A stretch of DNA of 64,000 nt from Oikopleura dioica (lineage: Eukaryota; Animalia; Chordata): contig OU015566.1 in NCBI GenBank assembly GCA_907165135.1, forward strand, positions 5,022,001 to 5,086,000. Reading direction: 5' to 3'. The position numbers were made by a program, and so were the translations under genes. A model generated the notes under the pieces. The model made no database searches. It was not told the DNA's origin and saw only the letters and a program-made list of their open reading frames with translations. Shown here one piece after another: positions 58,864-64,000 of this stretch. Numbering within the stretch: position 1 is the first letter of the stretch; every line of letters starts with the position of its first letter.

Positions 58864-60798
58864 CTTAGGATCTAGCTCTAGAAAAAAGTTGCTTTAGAAA
58901 ATTTCAAAATCAAGGCTTTTTTAAGGCCTTTCTGATCTTTTTGGCGGTTGTTAATAACGTTTGAAAATATGAGTTGAATTTGATTTGGCGACCGCGGAAG
59001 CAACTCAAAAATTTTTCACGCTAATTTTTAAAAATTCGCCAAATTCAAGTTTGATTTCGCTTTTTTCTTATTTTTTCTAAACTGCTCAAAAACGCCGCCC
59101 AGAGCGTGTCTGACGTCGGAGATGAATAATTTTAAATATTTCATGTCAATTATTACGAAAAAATTTGAGAAGTGGTGAAAATTTAATTTATGCCGCACGC
59201 GCGTTTCTCCTTCTTTCTCCGCGAAAAAATTGACACTGGGGATTGAAATTGAGCGCTTTTCTTACTGAAATCAAAGTTTCGAATTCTCTTTTTCGTTCAA
59301 ATTAATCTGAAATTGCTAAAAAAATGTTAAATTTGTTCTTGTTGGTGCATCAAAATTTCATTGGTAAAAATTATAGAACGAAATTTCGTCCATTCATGAT
59401 TTTTAAAATAAGACTGTGACACCCTTATTTATCTCATAACATAAAAATCGGAATCGTTTGAGAAATCCTAATCAAAAAAATTCCAAAATCTTAAGGGCTT
59501 CGACGTCAAATCGCTGGTGAAAAACTTCTTCCCTTTATTTGAGAGCGAAACTTTAAGGGTATCCCCGGGTTAACCATTTTTGCACTAGAACTCATTCTGA
59601 GCTATATTTTGATACCAAAATCATTTGATTTCTTAAATGTATAAAGGGAGAAATCGCTGTTCGAAAATTTCGTGAAAATTTCGACGGGAGGCTCCTTAAG
59701 TTTTGCCTAGTTTGTCCGAAAGGGATCATTCTCTTCTGTACCTTTTCATTTGGCGCACAATCTTCATCAGCCCTGCTCGAAAGCAACAGAGTCCAAAGCA
59801 ATTTCATTTTCCAAGTTATTTTTGATTTTCTCTCTTTCAGAAAATAAATAAACAAGAAAAATGAAGAAAATGAAGAATTGCGCTTCTAACGAGACGCTTC
59901 CACTTTTTCGAAAAGATCAAAGCCCAATTGTCGGACGCCGCTTGCCAGCGCCAAATGACAAAAAGCCGCGCGCGAGCGCCACCTGAGATTCACGATTTTT
60001 CTTGAGATGAATGAATTGAGATGAAATTACTCTTTTTCATCCAAGAATAATCAATGTCGCTATACGGCTTTTCAAAAAGATTTTTCAGACCCTGACTCAG
60101 GTTTTAAATACAGGTTTCCGAACCCAGAGATAGACTTGGGGGATTCTTCGATGAATAAAAAGTCTTTTTTCTCTGACATCAAATATTTTTTGAAATTTAA
60201 AATTTATCGCTTCGTAAAAACCATAACTTGATCCGAGGAAAGAGCAGACCAGATTTTTTAAATCGCAAAATCATTGATTAAATAGAATAATGAACATTAC
60301 TAATGTGCGTTCTAACATAGTGTAACCCATTGATCTCAGGAAAAAATCATAAATCCTAGAAGCAAACGTTGAAGCTTAAACTTCTCGGACAAACCAGGTT
60401 CAATCCAAAAACTCGGTTGACAGAAATTTCCGGCTCATCTTGAACCTTTCAAAAATTCTTCGGAATCCCAGAGCTCGCCAGGAACAAGTCCACGAACGCC
60501 AGAACTTACAGTTATTTTATCGAACTTTTCAGTTTCCCGAACCGCCAATTTACTCATATTTTCCAATGACCTTGATTTTGGGAGAGTCGAATGTGTTAAC
60601 TTTTATCATAATTTCACAGCTTTTCGAAAATTTTGCAGAACAAGCCGCGAAATCGTTGAATTTGAAGAAAAATTTGCAATCTTCCCGTTATGAACTTCTC
60701 GGCTCAGAAACCTATGTTGAAACCTGACTCAGGATTCTGAAAAGCGGCTTTGCCAAAATTTTACTTCAATTTGTTTAAAAGAAAGCCGCTTCGATTTT

Positions 60799-61102
60799 GA
60801 CTCGGCAACCTGTGTAGAAAACCTGAGTCAGGGTCTGACGGATCATTTTTAATCTTTCAGACCCTGACTCAGGCTTTCGACACAGGTTGCCTGAGGAAAA
60901 CCTGAGTCAAGGTCCTTAAAAATAGCGAAAATGTAAAACGGCGGAGTTTTGGCTCGGGAACCTGTGTAGAAAACCTGAGTCAGGGTCTGACGGATCATTT
61001 TTAATCTTTCAGACCCTGACTCAGGTTTTTCACACAGGTTGCCGAGCCGAAACTCCGCCGTTTTTCATTGGCGCTTTTAAGTACCCTGACTCAGGTTTTC
61101 CT
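60799..61102. mobile_element. Duplicated and self-nested CCTGACTCAGG MITE cluster
   Basis: Copies 60799-60892 and 60951-61048 share the same spacer; the second sits inside an outer MITE-derived inverted pair (60894-60920 / 61075-61102). More copies lie near 60090, 60715 and 61935-62015. Confidence 0.85.
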
Positions 61103-62637
61103 TATCGGCTTTCTCCCAAAATCTACAGTACAAAAAAGCAGTAGATTATGATGTGTCAACCTTTTTCTCCAACTCATGAGAAAAAAGGAAAGAGCAAAAG
61201 CAAATTTATTTTCCACCGCCGCCAAATAAAATAAGGTCATTCCCATTCTGCTCTTTTTAACAAGAAAAAGGGCCACTTTACGAAAAGGATTTTTCTTTTT
61301 TCGTCAGAGCGTGAAAATTACTGCGGCGATTTTTTCCAAAACGTGAAATGGGCTTGCGTTTTGACAAAAACGTTTTCGAAAAATGCTTTTTTTTTAGAGT
61401 TCATCTTTTTTATCGCCAATTTGACTCACTTTGATTCATAAGCAATAAATGATGAAATAATTATGACCAAAATTTTGGTCAAACTTTTAACCAACCAGAC
61501 TCTGAGATTTGGCCGGAAAGCAAATAAGATTTGAGAAAAATTTGACGCCAAAAATGAGATTTCTTCACTTAGTAATAAATTCTTCCATCAGATGGGGTCC
61601 TCCGGGGTCCTCCGAAGATCCATGTGATAGAATTTCTCGAGTTTTATTCGGTCATTTGCCGAGAAATCAGGAAATCCCAGTAATTCCCCGGAAGAGTTTA
61701 TTCTTCTTCTTCTTAAAACTCTTCCAGTACGGGGGGTCCTCCACGAACAAAGAAAATGAAATCTGCTCGCTTGGTGTCGCTAATTACTTTCGTTTTCGGG
61801 GAAATCATCAAAAATCATCGGCATTTCTATTTCAGAGATGATTGGCCGCCCAGCTAAGCGAAATTTGATTGGTTTAAAAATTTGACCAAAATTTTGGTCA
61901 AAATTGTCGATTCGAGGTTCCTTCTGATATGGCTTCGGCAAATTGTGTAAAAAACCTGAGTCAGGTTTTTCAGATTTCTGAGACCCTGACTCAGGTTTTT
62001 TACACAGGTTGCAAAGTCTAGCAACCGGGATTTTAAGTAAAATAACCCGCTCAAAAGCGTATTAATCGGATTTAATCTTTTTGCAAAAAAAAAGATAGAA
62101 ACAATCAATAGTTGACAGACTCGAGGTATTTTTCGATCATCTGCACTTTCTGAAAATGAAACACTCTGATTTTCCGATGATCGCTTTTCAAGAGGCTATT
62201 TTAACGCGATTCGGGAGAAAACCGAAGTGCCAAAATGAAGAGGAACAAACTGGAGATTTGAATTCAGCGTTTCAAAAAGGAATTGCTGAAATTCAAAAGA
62301 TTTTGAGATTTTTTTGAAAAGATTTTTAATCAGACATTTTTCGTGGAAAAAGACCCACAAATTTTCGCAAAAATCTCGAAAAATATTTTCTGAAATCTGA
62401 TTTGCCTGCCAACAAAATGCACGAATCTAATTGGCCCAAAATTTTCTCAAAATTGGGGTAAAAATTGTCGGGTGAAAACTGTCGATCTTATTGCCCTTCC
62501 GACAAAAAGCGAAAATCTGATTGGTCCAAAATTTTTCAAAGATTTTAGTTTGAATTTTGGTCTAAAATTGTCGATTGGCGCAGCCCGAATTTTAAAGGCA
62601 AATAAATTCAAAATTAAAAAGCAATTTCCAGAAGCAT

Positions 62638-62852
62638 TGTGGGATCGGAATTTTCCCCGAGCTCACTTCTCGCCCGTCCCCTCTCATCTCTTATCATTAG
62701 GCCAGGCGCCTCGCGCACTAGAAATAGCCCTGCACTACCCTGAACAAGACACTCTCTGAATTACTGAAATAAAACAATAGAACCGGCCAAGTAGAGTCCC
62801 CTTCCTGCAGGAAACCAAGAGAACAACTACGAGAGAAAGTTCGGATCTCTCA
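62638..62852 (+). mobile_element. 5' LTR of a Ty3/gypsy (Tor-like) retrotransposon
   Basis: TG...CA ends with imperfect inverted termini (TGTGGGATCGGA / TCGGATCTCTCA), internal AATAAA, followed by a PBS. Confidence 0.75.
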
Positions 62853-62854
62853 TC

Positions 62855-62865
62855 TGGTGACCTCG
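62855..62865 (+). promoter_or_regulatory. Primer-binding site TGGTGACCTCG (tRNA-Trp-like)
   Basis: Lies 2 nt after the LTR end; complement CGAGGUCACCA resembles a tRNA-Trp 3' end (from memory). Confidence 0.65.
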
Positions 62866-62918
62866 CTACGAATTCGCGCCCCAGCAGAGAGCCAGAAAAG
62901 GAAAGGGTTTTATATTTC

Positions 62919-64000
62919 ATGTCAGATGCTTCAACAATTATAAACAAAGCGTTACACTATACGAGTAAAGTATCAGCTGCCATAAGACAGAGTCTTCTTT
63001 TTCTTCCATTGGTACACGGAGACGAAGAAACACAGACGAACTACAGACAGACAAATCAAATACCTACGAACGCTGAAATTGTTGAACGCTTGAAAGAACT
63101 GAATCTTGAATACATTGTTTTTATCTTTTCTACATATCGCGGACGATTCTTTCTGATCCCGATCGAACTTCGAGAAATTCCAGTCTACAGGAATCAAGTC
63201 AAAGCTTTTTCAACACTACTTCACGATTTTAAAACGAACGAAAGTCTCAGAAGAAGAACATCGCTATTAGACGTTGAAGAGCTCCTACAACTTACAGACG
63301 AAGGATTACCCGGATTTGTTATCTACGCAATAAGAACAATAATCCAGACGGTTAACATTAATAAACCAATCGTAAACAGTGGATTAGAAATTGCAGTTCA
63401 AATGGAGCAAGAAAATGCCAGCGAAGGTTCTAATAATGAAACAATTTTCGAAGATGCTGTAGACGACGGTCCAGATCAAATTGATGAAAGCATTAGACAG
63501 ACTGAAGACGAAGTAAACCGGACATTCAGTGAAAACCCGCTGTTTAATGAAGAAGCAACATTTACGCGACCGAGGCCAAGAAGCTACCAAGTCAACAACA
63601 CAACTGATAGCAAAGACGATTCCGACAATTGGGCTGAAAAATGGAAAAATCACCGAATTCCAAAGTTTGCCGATTCCGGTCTCGGAATAAAAGACTGGGC
63701 AAACAAAGTAATCTTTATGATCGACTTTTCACGAAAACGGCCATTGAATGATAAAGAAAAATGCCAGCTTTTTGGAAAATATTCCGACGAAATCATTTGG
63801 CCCGATACTTGAGTCCTTCTCCCAGACAGCAAATAAAAACTATGAAGACCTTCTATCTGTACTCGAAAATGAGCTACAAATTGACGAAGCTGAAGCGAGC
63901 ATGTCCCTCGCCAATCTCAAATTCGAAGAGTCTCGCGACAAGGACCTGAAGCGCTTTTTTGAAAAAATAATGAAATTGACGAAAATCAAATATCCGAATT
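62919..64000 (+). CDS. gag: Gag-like protein of the LTR element (one frameshift; runs off window)
   Basis: ATG 66 nt after the LTR; IPKF...IKDWANKV motif. Removing one T from run 63769-63773 gives an open frame (QLLENIPTKSFG...KYPN) to the window end. Confidence 0.7.

Noticed and set aside
23761-62015. CCTGACTCAGG repeats with variable spacers resembling CRISPR repeats
   Set aside because: They are dispersed inverted pairs with TSDs inside eukaryotic introns, not a direct-repeat array, and no cas genes are present.
1-64000. tRNA, rRNA, snRNA or SL RNA genes
   Set aside because: No recognisable sequence or cloverleaf seen by eye; a covariance-model scan would be needed to exclude them.

Overview
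Eukaryotic genomic DNA, most likely the larvacean tunicate Oikopleura (inferred from 37-49 nt introns, GA-AG/GC-AG introns, an oikosin-like C-terminal domain and a Tor-like LTR element). About the first 22.7 kb is a large Polinton/Maverick (adintovirus-like) element whose left end lies outside the window. It encodes a protein-primed DNA polymerase B, a retroviral-type integrase, a packaging ATPase, a major capsid protein and about 10 hypothetical genes. By hand I find at least 12 short host-style GT-AG introns in it, including in polB, capsid, integrase and ATPase. polB also carries a 95-bp inverted-repeat insert, and four frameshifts are each fixed by one extra homopolymer base. From 23.4 to 62.6 kb are host genes (GCLM, a sulfotransferase, FBXO46/34-like, DEK-like, ShK/TSP1 protein, HYI, a GPCR, CUB proteins, PLAC8-like, a Kazal protein). 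These are interspersed with roughly 20 loci of a palindromic CCTGACTCAGG MITE with 8-bp target duplications, three of which sit in coding sequence and appear to have become introns. The window ends in the 5' LTR, PBS and gag of a Ty3/gypsy element. All gene models and splice sites were read manually and are unverified by RNA data or database searches.
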